DNA from: Anaeroplasmataceae bacterium
GTDB taxonomy: Bacteria > Bacillota_I > Bacilli_A > Acholeplasmatales > Anaeroplasmataceae
Direction: 5' to 3'
Assembly (NCBI GenBank): GCA_020025015.1
Contig: JAHHSV010000002.1
Coordinates: 577 to 64,576, forward strand
DNA length: 64,000 bases
A program made the position numbers and the translations under genes. This document shows, piece after piece, positions 26,204-36,812 of the stretch (position 1 is the stretch's first letter; every line of letters begins with the position of its first letter). The notes under the pieces are model-generated. The model ran no database searches. It was not told the origin of the DNA and saw nothing but the letters and a program-made list of their open reading frames with translations.

Positions 26204-28177
26204 CTAATTGTTTTCATAAATCTTTTCACTTAGATTTTCTAATACTTCCATTATATAGAGATTATTGTTTTTGTCAATTTTTTCGACCTCTACCTTAGCA
26301 TCCTCCTTAGCACACTCTAGGACTCTAAGCTCATAATCAATATCAGCTTGGTTAATTAAGCTAAAGTAGCCACTTTGCTTTTCCCCTAAATAATCACCAG
26401 GACCTCTTAATTTAAAGTCCTCATTAGCAAGCAAAAATCCATCATTAGTATTTTCAAGGATTTCTAAACGCTTATTATTAATATCATTACTAACTAAAAA
26501 GAAATAGCCATCTAAGCTCCCTCTACCAATTCTACCACGTAATTGGTGGCTGCTAGATAAGCCAAAGCGTTCCGCATTCATTAATACTAAAACACTCGCA
26601 TTAGGTATATCGATACCAACCTCTATCATTGTTGTCGCCAGTAAAATATCAAATTCATGATTTTTAAAATCCTCCATAATTTGTGTTTTATCACTAGCCT
26701 TAACTCTACCATGTAAGGTTCTAATTTTTCCCTTTAATTTAGCTAAAAAATATTCACTTGCAGCCTTAATATTCCAAAGCCCTAGGGCTTCACTTTCTTC
26801 AATTAAAGGCACTACTATAAATATCTGCTCATTAAGCTCTAACCGTGAATTAATAAACTCACACATTTTATCAAGCTTAGCTTCTGTAACAATTTTGGTT
26901 GTAACCTTTTTTCTTCCACTTGGTAGGGTTCTAATCATGGTTAAATCCAAATCACCAAACATTGTTAAGCCAAGAGTTCTAGGAATTGGGGTGGCCGTAA
27001 AATATAAGGAATCAGCTAAAGGATAGTCCTCCTGAAGCCTACTACGCTCCTTAACCCCAAAGCGTTGCTGCTCATCAATTATAATTAAGCCTAAATTATT
27101 AAATTTAACCTTATCCTCAATTATAGCATGCGTACCAATTAGAATTTTCGTTTTACCTAAGGCTAAATCCTCTAGGACCGTATTTTTCTCTTTTTTGGTA
27201 AGTTTACTAACTAATAAGTCTATTTTTATATCCTTAAAAAGGGCTAAAGCCTTATTATAATGCTGTCTTGCAAGGATTTCCGTAGGTGCTAAAAAGGCTA
27301 CCTGAAAGCCAGCTAAAATTAAAGCATAAGCAGCAATAAAGGCAACAATCGTTTTACCACAGCCTACATCACCCTCAACTAAACGATTAACCTTTTTAGG
27401 GCTAGCAATTTCATCAAGAATTATTTTGACGGCGTTTTTTTGATCACTAGTTAATGTAAAAGGTAATCCATTAATAAATTCCAATACCTTAGCTCTATTA
27501 AAAATTCTTTTAGGCTTAGTAATACTATCCCGCCTATTTTTCAAATAATTTAAGGCTAAATTATACCAAAAAAACTTTTCATAGGTTTTTCTTCTTTTTA
27601 CCTCTTTTATATCATTAAAGCTCTTAGGAAAATGAGCCTTAAGTAAAAAATCACTATAGCCTAATAGCTTATATTTAGAAACTAAATTTAAAGGTAATCT
27701 TTCTAAAGGCTTATCAATATGACTAAAGCTTTCGTAAATAAGCTTACGCACCGTATTATCAGGAAGATCCTTTAAGCCATATTCCGTTTCTATTTCATTA
27801 GGCAGCCTTAGAAAGATTTTTTCCACTAAAAAATAATTATAATCATCCTTATAGCTGCCATAAACATAAACCGGTTGATTTTTATAAATTTGACTATAAA
27901 TATATTTTTTGCCAAAGGCTATCATCTTTACACGCTCATTATTAGCTAAAGCTGTAAAAATTTGCATGCTAGTTTTATTTCTTAACGTCCTATTAACAAT
28001 TCCAGTGATGGGAGTTACATGAATTAGAATATTAGACTCCCGATAATTAGAATGTAAGCTATAATCAATGTAGCTTTTAGGCAAAGTAAAAACCAAATCA
28101 TTAAGCGTATTAATATTTAAGCTATTTAATTTTTTTAAGGTTATCTCGCCTACGCCCTTTAGTTCCTTTAATTCCAT
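26204..28177 (-). CDS. recG: ATP-dependent DNA helicase RecG
   Basis: Wedge/OB N-terminus. Walker A GDVGCGKT, DEQQRFG box, and C-terminal LHGRVKASDK / QLRGRIGRG motifs. Confidence 0.92.
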   Translation of the reverse strand: MELKELKGVGEITLKKLNSLNINTLNDLVFTLPKSYIDYSLHSNYRESNILIHVTPITGIVNRTLRNKTSMQIFTALANNERVKMIAFGKKYIYSQIYKNQPVYVYGSYKDDYNYFLVEKIFLRLPNEIETEYGLKDLPDNTVRKLIYESFSHIDKPLERLPLNLVSKYKLLGYSDFLLKAHFPKSFNDIKEVKRRKTYEKFFWYNLALNYLKNRRDSITKPKRIFNRAKVLEFINGLPFTLTSDQKNAVKIILDEIASPKKVNRLVEGDVGCGKTIVAFIAAYALILAGFQVAFLAPTEILARQHYNKALALFKDIKIDLLVSKLTKKEKNTVLEDLALGKTKILIGTHAIIEDKVKFNNLGLIIIDEQQRFGVKERSRLQEDYPLADSLYFTATPIPRTLGLTMFGDLDLTMIRTLPSGRKKVTTKIVTEAKLDKMCEFINSRLELNEQIFIVVPLIEESEALGLWNIKAASEYFLAKLKGKIRTLHGRVKASDKTQIMEDFKNHEFDILLATTMIEVGIDIPNASVLVLMNAERFGLSSSHQLRGRIGRGSLDGYFFLVSNDINNKRLEILENTNDGFLLANEDFKLRGPGDYLGEKQSGYFSLINQADIDYELRVLECAKEDAKVEVEKIDKNNNLYIMEVLENLSEKIYENN

Positions 28178-28194
28178 AAAACACCTGCTATATA

Positions 28195-28220
28195 TTAAAA
28201 ATAGGTGTCATCGACACCTA
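28195..28220 (-). terminator. Hairpin terminator or attenuator between fakA and recG
   Basis: AGGTGTC (28203-09) pairs with GACACCT (28213-19). ATTTTTAAT follows on the minus strand. Confidence 0.5.
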
Positions 28221-28227
28221 CTATTTA

Positions 28228-29838
28228 TTATTCAACTGCAATTATATAAGTATAAATATCTTGACCGCCATCAATTAGCTCAACATCAATATTTTTATGA
28301 ATTTCTTCACACATCTCAGTTAAAAGCTCAACCTCGGAAGGATCTGCATCCTTACCATAGAAAATAGTAACGATTTCACTATCAGCATCAATAATACTTT
28401 CTAATAATTTCTTTGTACATTCCTTACGATCTTCAGTAGACACAACGATATCGCCATTAGCAATACCCATATAGTCCCCACATTGAATCTTAATACCATT
28501 AATTTCGGTATCACGAATTGAATATGTAACCTCACCTGAATTAACATTAGCTATAGCCTCTTGCATCTCAGCCATATTTGTTTCCATTGAAGCACTAGAA
28601 TCATATACCATTAATGAAGCATAGCCTTGAGCTAAGGTCTTAGCTCTCAAAACCTGAACATTTACATCTGGGCATAAAGGAATAGCTTGCTCGGCTGCCA
28701 TAACAACATTACCATTATTAGGAATAATAATAACATTTTCAGCATTAACAGCATTAACAGCTTTCACAAATTCAGAAGTAGCTGGGTTCATTGTTTGACC
28801 ACCTTCAATTACGTAATCAACACCGATATCACTGAATGTTTGAGAAATACCATCACCGAAGCAAACACTAATTAAAGCAAAGTGCTTCTTAGGCTCTTCT
28901 CCCTTGGTAGAAGTATCCTTAACACGGTCACAGTGCATATTTTCAATTTTAACCTCACTGAACTCACCATATTTTTGAGTTATCTCTAAAACACGACCAG
29001 GAGTATTTGTATGTAAGCTTACCTTTACTGAATCACCATTACGCTTGCATGATAAAGAATGCCCCAACAAGCTTAATGGAGCTTTTAAATCAGCCTCATT
29101 AAATGTTTTAGGCTTATTTAAATCAACTACACATTCAGAGAAATATCTCAATTCAGTTTTCTTAGCATCCTCTGCCTTAGTCTTTTCATGAGCGCATTCA
29201 CATGCCTCTAAAATTACACCCTTTAAGGCTAGGTTCATACCTTCAACAATTTTAACAAAACCAGCACCACCACTATCAACAACGCCAGCTTCCTTTAAAA
29301 CTGGTAATAGATTTGGTGTATTTGCTAAAGAAGCCTTAGAAGCCTCTAAATAGAATTCTAATAGCTCCTCTAAGCAAGTAAAGCTTTCGCGCTTTGCTGC
29401 AGTATTTTCGGCTGCTTCACGAACAACTGTTAAAATAGTACCCTCAACTGGTTCCATAACTGCCTTGTAAGCAACCTTACAGCCAGATTCTAAAGCACCT
29501 AAAAATTCATCAACAGTTAATGACTCCTTGCCTAATTCCTTAATATAAACAAATAAGCCTCTAAAAAATTGGGATAGGATAACACCAGAATTACCACGAG
29601 CACCCATTAAGCAACCACGTGATAAAGATTTGCTAACCTCAACAATAGAATCAGAAGTGTTTCCACTCATCTCTCTTACACCTGACATAACAGTCATTTG
29701 CATATTAGTTCCTGTATCACCATCTGGTACAGGGAATACATTTAACTCATCAACCTCTTGATGATGATTTTTCAAGTTAATGGCACCGTTCATTACCATT
29801 TTTTTAAACAATGGTACTTCGATATTTACTATAGCCAT
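28228..29838 (-). CDS. fakA: DAK2-domain fatty acid kinase subunit FakA (YloV family)
   Basis: DGDTGTNM DAK2 motif, and a C-terminal DegV-like half. It sits next to recG and divergent from rpmB, as yloV does in Bacillus. I prefer ATG 29838 (MAIVNIEVP.., GGAGGA 4 nt upstream) to the track's start at 29919. Confidence 0.8.
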   Translation of the reverse strand: MAIVNIEVPLFKKMVMNGAINLKNHHQEVDELNVFPVPDGDTGTNMQMTVMSGVREMSGNTSDSIVEVSKSLSRGCLMGARGNSGVILSQFFRGLFVYIKELGKESLTVDEFLGALESGCKVAYKAVMEPVEGTILTVVREAAENTAAKRESFTCLEELLEFYLEASKASLANTPNLLPVLKEAGVVDSGGAGFVKIVEGMNLALKGVILEACECAHEKTKAEDAKKTELRYFSECVVDLNKPKTFNEADLKAPLSLLGHSLSCKRNGDSVKVSLHTNTPGRVLEITQKYGEFSEVKIENMHCDRVKDTSTKGEEPKKHFALISVCFGDGISQTFSDIGVDYVIEGGQTMNPATSEFVKAVNAVNAENVIIIPNNGNVVMAAEQAIPLCPDVNVQVLRAKTLAQGYASLMVYDSSASMETNMAEMQEAIANVNSGEVTYSIRDTEINGIKIQCGDYMGIANGDIVVSTEDRKECTKKLLESIIDADSEIVTIFYGKDADPSEVELLTEMCEEIHKNIDVELIDGGQDIYTYIIAVE

Positions 29839-30055
29839 AATGTCCTCCGTATATAAAATATATTTTAAAGAATTGCTCTTAAACGTCAATTTCATTATAA
29901 TCCTAAAGCTTATATTCAACTTATAAGCCCCAAGATTATATGTATTATACCATATAAATGTCTAATGTAAAACTTAAATGACATTTTTATAGTAAAAAAA
30001 ACGCTTTTTTTTACATAAATAACCCTAATGTGACCTATTATCATAAAAATTATAC

Positions 30056-30084
30056 TTGCATTTTTGTCAATTTTATATTAAAAT
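30056..30084 (+). promoter_or_regulatory. Candidate promoter of rpmB
   Basis: TTGCAT (30056-61), 17 nt, TAAAAT (30079-84). RBS GGAGGG lies 6 nt before ATG 30123. Confidence 0.45.
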
Positions 30085-30122
30085 GATTAAGTCCATATTA
30101 TGCATAGTTAGGAGGGACAATT

Positions 30123-30311
30123 ATGGCAAAATGTTTTGTAACGGGCAAAACTACAGTTACTGGTAACCGTAGAAGCCACGCTTTAAATGCTTCAAGACGT
30201 ACTTGGAAGGCTAACCTACAAACAATCCGTGTTAAGGATGAAAACGGTAATATCGTTAAAGTTAAGGTTTCAGCTAGAGCATTAAAAAAAGGCAATATTG
30301 AAAGAGCCTAA
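30123..30311 (+). CDS. rpmB: 50S ribosomal protein L28
   Basis: [33 protein letters not shown] is the canonical L28 N-terminus. 62 aa. Confidence 0.95.
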   Translation: MAKCFVTGKTTVTGNRRSHALNASRRTWKANLQTIRVKDENGNIVKVKVSARALKKGNIERA

Positions 30312-30340
30312 GTTATTTTAAAATTAAACGTTTAATATTA

Positions 30341-30368
30341 AAAAAAGACCTCTAAGGTCTTTTTTTAT
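30341..30368. terminator. Bidirectional terminator between rpmB (+) and the FNT gene (-)
   Basis: aaaaaAAGACCtctaGGTCTTttttttt is a short GC stem flanked by an A-run and a T-run. Confidence 0.75.
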
Positions 30369-30373
30369 TTTAT

Positions 30374-31156
30374 CTAAACATTTTCTTTCTTATCCTTATA
30401 TGAAATTAAAAAATAAGGTAAACCAACAAATAAAACTCCACCAATAATATTCCCTACGGTTACAAAGAATAAATTATATAAATAGCCAAGTGGATTAATT
30501 TCATTAAAATTACTAAATATTGGTAAAATTAACAAGCTCATATTCGCAACACTATGCTCAAAGCCTGCTCCTAAAAAAGCTAAAATACATAAGAAAATTA
30601 AAATAAGCTTGGCACCATCACTTTTAGTTCTACTTGTGCTCCAAACCGCAAGACAAACTAGCATATTACATAAAATTCCTCTAAATAATAAATTATACCA
30701 GCTAAATTCTACCTTAACTTGATAACAATTATTAATGAATTCTCCTACCTTGCCTGACATAGCCCCTGTTCCATAAAACATCGCCGCAGCGAGTATTGCT
30801 CCCAATAAATTACCTATATAACAAACTAAAAGCAATAAAAGACCATCTCTAATTCTAATTTCTTTTTTGACAAGGCCCATAAAAATACACATAGTATTAC
30901 CCGTAAATAATTCACTACCGGCAAAAATAACTAAGCTTAAGGCTACCGAAAAGGCTAAGCCCATTAAAATCTTGGCTAAGCCTTGATTCCCCGAATCCAT
31001 AAATTCACTACCAATAGTAAAGGAAACAAAAACACCAAAAGCAACAAAGATTCCTGCGAGCATTGAAGAAATAATAAAACCTATAGGGTTTTCTTTAAAT
31101 AATCTAACCTTATTAAAACTATTTTTCACTTGTAAATTGTAGCTTTCTAAATACAT
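30374..31156 (-). CDS. Formate/nitrite transporter (FNT) family channel
   Basis: Six-TM protein with FNT-like segments LFTGNTM and GFEHSVANM. ATG 31156 (MYLESYN.., AGGAGG 9 nt upstream) is preferred to the TTG at 31180. Confidence 0.8.
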   Translation of the reverse strand: MYLESYNLQVKNSFNKVRLFKENPIGFIISSMLAGIFVAFGVFVSFTIGSEFMDSGNQGLAKILMGLAFSVALSLVIFAGSELFTGNTMCIFMGLVKKEIRIRDGLLLLLVCYIGNLLGAILAAAMFYGTGAMSGKVGEFINNCYQVKVEFSWYNLLFRGILCNMLVCLAVWSTSRTKSDGAKLILIFLCILAFLGAGFEHSVANMSLLILPIFSNFNEINPLGYLYNLFFVTVGNIIGGVLFVGLPYFLISYKDKKENV

Positions 31157-31208
31157 ATAATAGAACCTCCTAAAGCGCAATCTTTTTCATTATATTATAA
31201 TTGAGGTC

Positions 31209-31237
31209 TAAAAAAAAGAGGAAATTATTCTTCCTCT
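31209..31237 (-). terminator. Terminator overlapping the CNNM-gene stop codon
   Basis: AGAGGAA (31217-23) pairs with TTCCTCT (31231-37). A T7-8 run follows on the minus strand. Confidence 0.6.
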
Positions 31238-32610
31238 TCTTCAATCTGAGCTTCAATCTCTTCTTCAGTTGCATCATCTAGGGTAACCTTAATGGTTTCA
31301 ATCCTTCGATCATCAACCTCATTTATTGTCAATGTTAACTTTTTAGCATAGTCAACATATTCTTCCTCTTCCTCACTATACTTAGTAAATCTACTAACAT
31401 AGCTTAAGGAAATGCCAACCTTAGGTAGCTCCTCACATTTTTCAAATACCCAACCATAAAGCTTGCTAGGTACATCCTCAGGAGCATCACCGATTCCTAA
31501 ACGCTCAAATAAATCCTCAACATACATATCTGGATCAACTATATAGCTGCCATCCTCTTGCTTTTCAAATAACAAGTCATCAACACCAGCTATATCATGC
31601 TCATCATAAATCTCGCCAACTAATTCCTCTAAGGCATCCTCCATAGTTACAATACCAAGTGTATCACCATATTCACCACTTACAATCGCTAAATGAATCT
31701 TTTCATTTTGTAAATAGTTAATTAAGGCATCAACCTTCATCGCACCACTAACATATTTAGCTGGGCGAATCAGCTTACGCCAGCTCATATTTTTATTGTC
31801 AGCATAGCTCTTAAAGAAATCACGTTCGAATAAAACACCAACAATATGATCCTTATCCTCCTTATAAACAGGAATACGCGAGAAATTATTGGCTCGTAAA
31901 ATCTTTTTGACCTCATTTAAGGTTTGATTGTATTCAATACCAACCATATCAACACGAGGAACCATAATATCTTCAGCACTTCGGTCATTTAAATCGAGAA
32001 CACGCTTAATTAAATCAACCTCTTTTTCCTCAATCTTACCATCCTTTTCCATACCAACTAAGGCTATTTCAAGCTCATCCTCATTCATACCACCATCGAC
32101 CTTATTACGAGTAAAAGCTTTTTGAAGTAGTTGGAATAAGAAAACTAATGGATATAAAATACAAGTTATAATATATACAGGCCAAGCAACCTTTAAAGCA
32201 ATTTCTTCACTATATTGCTTAGCAAGAGTCTTGGGTAATATTTCACCAAAAATTAATAAAATAACTGTAATAACTAATGTTGCTACTAATTCAACATATC
32301 TAGCATCTAAAATAAGCTTACCAAAGAAACCTACAGATAAAATTGATAATAAGGTATTAACAATATTATTACCAATTAATAATGTAGTTAAAGTTCTATC
32401 AAAATTCTCAAATAAATCTAAAGCTTTTTTAGAACCAGCTCTTCTATCCTCAACCGCAAGCTTTAGCTTAACTACTGAAGATGATGAAAAGGCTGTTTCA
32501 CTACTTGAGAAAAACGCTGAGAATAGTATTAATACTATCATCGCGAAAAATACAGGAACATCAAATGATATACCCTCTGCTAAAAAAATAATCGACCTTT
32601 GTACGTCCAA
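31225..32610 (-). CDS. CNNM/HlyC-CorC family membrane protein (DUF21 + CBS pair + CorC_HlyC)
   Basis: N-terminal DUF21 TM region, CBS pair (IMVPRVDMVGI...IPVYKEDKDHIVGVL) and CorC domain (GIVTMEDALEELVGEIYDE). Apparent TTG start at 32610 has AGGAG 9 nt upstream. Acidic tail EEEIEAQIEEEEE. Confidence 0.85.
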   Translation of the reverse strand: MDVQRSIIFLAEGISFDVPVFFAMIVLILFSAFFSSSETAFSSSSVVKLKLAVEDRRAGSKKALDLFENFDRTLTTLLIGNNIVNTLLSILSVGFFGKLILDARYVELVATLVITVILLIFGEILPKTLAKQYSEEIALKVAWPVYIITCILYPLVFLFQLLQKAFTRNKVDGGMNEDELEIALVGMEKDGKIEEKEVDLIKRVLDLNDRSAEDIMVPRVDMVGIEYNQTLNEVKKILRANNFSRIPVYKEDKDHIVGVLFERDFFKSYADNKNMSWRKLIRPAKYVSGAMKVDALINYLQNEKIHLAIVSGEYGDTLGIVTMEDALEELVGEIYDEHDIAGVDDLLFEKQEDGSYIVDPDMYVEDLFERLGIGDAPEDVPSKLYGWVFEKCEELPKVGISLSYVSRFTKYSEEEEEYVDYAKKLTLTINEVDDRRIETIKVTLDDATEEEIEAQIEEEEE

Positions 32611-32627
32611 CTTTCTACGCTCCTAAA

Positions 32628-33185
32628 TTAAGCTCTACTATCATATTTGCCAGTTAATGTAGAAACGATAATTGACTCGCCTTCTTCAATAAACATTGGC
32701 ACCTTAACTAGTAGGCCAGTTTCAACATATGCATCCTTTAATGCATTTGTCTTTGTATCACCCTTTACTGCTGGATCACATTGAGTGACCTTTAAAGTAA
32801 CCTTATCAGGTAAATTAATGCCTAAAATTTCACCCTCGCAGTAAACAATTTCAACTTCCATACCCTCAACTAGATATTTCATTTCATTTTCTAATTGAGC
32901 CTTATCAACCTCTACCTGCTCATATGTATCATTATCCATAAATACATAGTGAGTACCAGAGTCATATAAGAATTGCATCTTAACCTTATCAATTATTGCA
33001 CGCTCAACCTTTTCAGCTGCGTTAAATGTATAATCGATAACAGTACCTGAACGCATATCTCTTAATTTTGTTCTTACGAATGCTCCACCCTTACCTGGTT
33101 TAACATGCATAAATTCCATTATTAAATAAATGTGTCCATCATATTTAATAGACATTCCATTCTTAAAATCATTACTAGAAACCAT
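32628..33185 (-). CDS. efp: Elongation factor P
   Basis: MVSSNDFKNGMSIKYDGHIYLIMEFMHVKPGKGGAFVRTKLRDMRSG is the canonical EF-P N-terminus. 185 aa. Confidence 0.95.
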   Translation of the reverse strand: MVSSNDFKNGMSIKYDGHIYLIMEFMHVKPGKGGAFVRTKLRDMRSGTVIDYTFNAAEKVERAIIDKVKMQFLYDSGTHYVFMDNDTYEQVEVDKAQLENEMKYLVEGMEVEIVYCEGEILGINLPDKVTLKVTQCDPAVKGDTKTNALKDAYVETGLLVKVPMFIEEGESIIVSTLTGKYDSRA

Positions 33186-33242
33186 TTTTTTCTCCTTAAT
33201 TTTTCAAATATTTATAATTATACCTTTTAATTATAACAAAGA

Positions 33243-33662
33243 TTACTGTTTTAGTAAAGTATTCATGGCCTCATAGTAGCCTTTTTCCTTAAGTCCAGCT
33301 ATAGTTTTAGTAGCTAACGAACTAATATAATTAGTTAAGCGGAAGGCCTCTCGATTATTAACATCACTTAAATGAACCTCAATAATTTTACCCTTAAAAA
33401 GCTCTAAAGCATCATGAATTGCAATTGAGGTATGCGTATAAGCTCCGGCATTAATAATCATTGCATCATAATTTAGATGCCTTTGAATAAAGCTTATAAG
33501 CTTACCTTCAGAGTTAGACTGATAAAATTTTAAGCTAGCCTTACCCTTAGCCAAGTGCTTTAATTCCCTATTAATTTCCTTTAGGGTTAAGCTACCATAA
33601 TTCTTAGGATCTCTTTTCCCAAGCATATTTAGGTTTGGTCCATTAATTATTAAAATTCTCAT
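33243..33662 (-). CDS. aroQ: Type II 3-dehydroquinate dehydratase
   Basis: MRILIINGPNLNMLGKRDPKNYG and NAGAYTHTSIAIHDA motifs. 139 aa. Confidence 0.92.
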   Translation of the reverse strand: MRILIINGPNLNMLGKRDPKNYGSLTLKEINRELKHLAKGKASLKFYQSNSEGKLISFIQRHLNYDAMIINAGAYTHTSIAIHDALELFKGKIIEVHLSDVNNREAFRLTNYISSLATKTIAGLKEKGYYEAMNTLLKQ

Positions 33663-34134
33663 AATTAAGCCTCCTAACTATTTCTAAAACTGTATCTTCT
33701 ATTACATAATTACTAACGATGTGCTTTGCAAAATAATAATATTTATTCTCTCTTCTTTGGTATAGCTCTATAAGAGAATTACTTTTAAAAAGCGGTCTAC
33801 TAGAATAATCAATTCTCTTTTCTAGCTCTTCTAAAGGAAGACTTAAATAAATAATTATTCCATCCATTAAAGACTTATTCTTAAGATTCTCAACAATTCC
33901 GCCACCAGTTGCAATGACTAAATTATCCTTATCCTTAAGCCCCTCTAAGGCTTTAGTCTCAAGGCTTCGAAAATAAGCCTCACCCTTTTTACTAAAAATC
34001 TCCTTAATTGACATGCCAGCAAGCCCTTCAACCTCTAAATCTAAATCAACTAAAGCATATTTAATTTTTAAAGCTAATTTCTTAGCGATAGTTGACTTAC
34101 CTACCCCAGGCATTCCAATTAAATAAATTTTCAT
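33643..34134 (-). CDS. aroK: Shikimate kinase
   Basis: P-loop LIGMPGVGKST, and ATGGGIV motif. 163 aa. ATGA overlap with miaA. Confidence 0.88.
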   Translation of the reverse strand: MKIYLIGMPGVGKSTIAKKLALKIKYALVDLDLEVEGLAGMSIKEIFSKKGEAYFRSLETKALEGLKDKDNLVIATGGGIVENLKNKSLMDGIIIYLSLPLEELEKRIDYSSRPLFKSNSLIELYQRRENKYYYFAKHIVSNYVIEDTVLEIVRRLNYENFNN

Positions 34135-35015
34135 TTTCTTAAAAATTCCTCAACATCCTTAATAATTTCATTTTCTGTTTCACTAAAGTTTTCTAAATTT
34201 ACCTGGTAGAATTTAGCATCAGTTTGATTCTTAAACCAGGTTTTTTGCCTTTTAGCTAAATGTCTTGTATTTTTCTTGATTTCTTCAATTGTCGATTCCT
34301 TAGTTACATCGCCATTAAAATAGCCTAACCATTCCTGATAGCCAATGGCATGAGGATAAATCTTTCGTTCATAAAGACCTCTAACCTCTTCTTCAAGCCC
34401 CATTTCTATCATTTGATCTACTCGCCTATTTATTCTTTCATATAAGGCTTCTCTCTCAATATCCAAATAAATAATAAAGGAATCATAATATTTTTCATGG
34501 CACTTATTAGCCTCACTTAAATTACTACCAGCTATACTACTTTCAAGTGCTCTTAAAACCCTCTTGCGATTATTAGGGTGAATTTCTGAGGCTTTTTTTA
34601 AGTCTAGCTTAGCTAGCATATTGTAAAGCTCCTCATTACTATAACGCTCATGATTTTTCGCAAACTCATCCTCACGCTTAGGGCTATTAAATTCATAATT
34701 ATTGATAACCCCCTGAACATATAAGCCAGTTCCACCACATAAAATAGATAGAGGCTTAGCATCAATGATTTTTCTTGCCATTTTTTGACAGGTTGCCACA
34801 TCAAATTGTTCTGTTGGTTCTAAAACATCAATTAAATGATGCTTAGCCAATGATTGCTCATAGCTAGTTGGCTTAGCACTACCAATATTTAAATCCTTGT
34901 ATACTGCTACACTATCACAGCTAATAATTTCTACATTAAAATGTCTAGCTAGGCTGATTGCCAATTTAGTTTTACCAGAAGCTGTAGGTCCTACAACACA
35001 AATAACCTTCTTCAT
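34131..35015 (-). CDS. miaA: tRNA dimethylallyltransferase
   Basis: VVGPTASGKT P-loop, HHLIDV, and GGTGLY motifs. Confidence 0.92.
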   Translation of the reverse strand: MKKVICVVGPTASGKTKLAISLARHFNVEIISCDSVAVYKDLNIGSAKPTSYEQSLAKHHLIDVLEPTEQFDVATCQKMARKIIDAKPLSILCGGTGLYVQGVINNYEFNSPKREDEFAKNHERYSNEELYNMLAKLDLKKASEIHPNNRKRVLRALESSIAGSNLSEANKCHEKYYDSFIIYLDIEREALYERINRRVDQMIEMGLEEEVRGLYERKIYPHAIGYQEWLGYFNGDVTKESTIEEIKKNTRHLAKRQKTWFKNQTDAKFYQVNLENFSETENEIIKDVEEFLRK

Positions 35016-36802
35016 TATGACTGAATCCTTTCAAACATTTTCTTTAAATCATTAGTTGTAAACTTAATAATAGTTGGTCTACCATGAGGACAATGATAAG
35101 GATTTTTACATAAATTTAATTGCTTAATTAAATCTATAGCCTCAGCCTCAGTAATTTTATCATTAGCCCTAATAGATGATTTACAGCTTATTTGCTTAGC
35201 TATACTATCTCTAAATGGTAAAATTGAAACATTATTTGACCTTGCCATACTATTTAAAAGACCTCTAATAATATCATCAATATCCTTGTCAGCTGCCCAA
35301 GCAGGTAGGCTTCTAATAACAAAGCTATTTAAAGAAATTTCTTCTAAGGTAAAGCCAATTTCCTTAAATTTAGCTAAATTTTCTAAAACAAACATTGCTT
35401 CATTTTTAGTAAAGTCAATTGTAATTGGCACTAATAAATCTGTAACTAAAGGCTTAGGATTTTCCATTTCCTTAGCATACATCTCATATCTAATTCTTTC
35501 TGCTGCCGCATGCTGATCAACAATGTATAAAGCATCAGCACCCTCACAAATAATATAGGTCTTATAGGCGATTCCTAAAAACCTTAATTCAGGCAGCTTC
35601 TTTACTACCTCTTCCTTAGCTATAGGCTCTTGCCAATTAACCTGATTATTAAATAGGTCATAGCTTTCTTCCTTGGGATAATTAATTACTGGCTCATTAA
35701 AGCTAAAGCTATTATCAGTAATATTTCTATCCTCATTTTTAAAATATTCAGGATAGCTTAAAGGCTTACTATCATTTCCATAATAGCTATTTTCTATTAC
35801 ATTACGTATAGGAATTTGTCTAGTTTCCTCTAAGCGAGCTCTAAAAATTTTATATAAATTATCACATAAAAGCTTTTCATCAGCAATTCTAATTTCTGCC
35901 TTTTTTGGATGGACATTAACATCAATTAATAAAGGATCAATATCTAAATATAAAATGACAATTGGATACTTATTAATTGGTAAAAACTGATCAAAAGCCT
36001 TCACAAACATCTCATTTAAAGCATTATTCTTAACATATCTACCATTAACAATATAGGTCATATGAAGCTTATTGCTACGATACACCTCAGGCTTTACAAA
36101 ATATAATTTACCACTGTAGCCATTAAGAGCGAACTCCTCGCACTCAAGCTTTCTTGCCGCATCTAAGCCATAAATATTACCAACAAGCGTAGTCATATCA
36201 TTATTACCAACGCTTTGGAAAATTAGCTTTTCATCATTAAATAGCTTAAAGCTAATTTCCGGATTAGTTAAAGCAAGCTTATCAACTAAATAGCTAATGC
36301 TTGATAGTTCACTATGCTCACTTTTTAAATATTTTAGTCTAACAGGAGTATTAAAAAATAGGTTTTTAACAATAACAGAGGTACCCCTTTGATGACTAAT
36401 TTCTTGTGACCTAATCTTCTTACCAAACTTATAGGTAATGCTATAAGGCTTATCATTATGATTAGAGGAAATTGTCATTTCACTAACTGAAGCAATTGAA
36501 GGAATCGCTTCACCTCTAAAGCCTAAGCTTGAAATTCTTGCTAAATCATATTCATTTTTAATCTTAGAGGTAGCGTGAGGCATAAAGCATAGCTCAAGGT
36601 CCTCCTTATCCATACCAATACCATCATCAATTACCTTTATTTCTTTAATGCCTCCGCCTAAAAGATAGATGGAAATATTTTTACTTTTAGCATCAATTGC
36701 GTTTTCAACGATTTCCTTAACAACATTACTAGGACGTTCAATTACCTCGCCTGCCGCAATCATATTAGCCAATTTTTGGCTCATTTCTTGAATTTGGCCC
36801 AT
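35015..36802 (-). CDS. mutL: DNA mismatch repair protein MutL
   Basis: GHKL ATPase N-terminus IAAGEVIERPSNVVKEIVENAIDA. C-terminal endonuclease-type motifs include DQHAAAERI. Confidence 0.93.
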   Translation of the reverse strand: MGQIQEMSQKLANMIAAGEVIERPSNVVKEIVENAIDAKSKNISIYLLGGGIKEIKVIDDGIGMDKEDLELCFMPHATSKIKNEYDLARISSLGFRGEAIPSIASVSEMTISSNHNDKPYSITYKFGKKIRSQEISHQRGTSVIVKNLFFNTPVRLKYLKSEHSELSSISYLVDKLALTNPEISFKLFNDEKLIFQSVGNNDMTTLVGNIYGLDAARKLECEEFALNGYSGKLYFVKPEVYRSNKLHMTYIVNGRYVKNNALNEMFVKAFDQFLPINKYPIVILYLDIDPLLIDVNVHPKKAEIRIADEKLLCDNLYKIFRARLEETRQIPIRNVIENSYYGNDSKPLSYPEYFKNEDRNITDNSFSFNEPVINYPKEESYDLFNNQVNWQEPIAKEEVVKKLPELRFLGIAYKTYIICEGADALYIVDQHAAAERIRYEMYAKEMENPKPLVTDLLVPITIDFTKNEAMFVLENLAKFKEIGFTLEEISLNSFVIRSLPAWAADKDIDDIIRGLLNSMARSNNVSILPFRDSIAKQISCKSSIRANDKITEAEAIDLIKQLNLCKNPYHCPHGRPTIIKFTTNDLKKMFERIQS

Positions 36803-36812
36803 ATTAAACCTC

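Noticed and set aside
29839-29919. N-terminal extensions offered by the ORF track for fakA (29919), recA (47669), mnmA (61654), rpsT (49373), ymdB (44083), plsX (12888), the FNT gene (31180), trmR (54437), the XRE gene (58025) and the DUF3137-like gene (49249).
   Set aside because: In each case a downstream ATG restores the canonical family N-terminus and is preceded by a GGAGG-type SD at 4-9 nt. The longer versions start at TTG or other upstream codons without an SD, or with the SD abutting or overlapping the start.
29992-30014. GTAAAAAAAA-cgc-TTTTTTTTAC inverted repeat in the fakA/rpmB divergent intergenic region.
   Set aside because: The stem would be almost pure A-U and thermodynamically weak. 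It lies between divergent promoters where no terminator is needed. It is most likely just A/T-tract (curved or UP-element-like) DNA.
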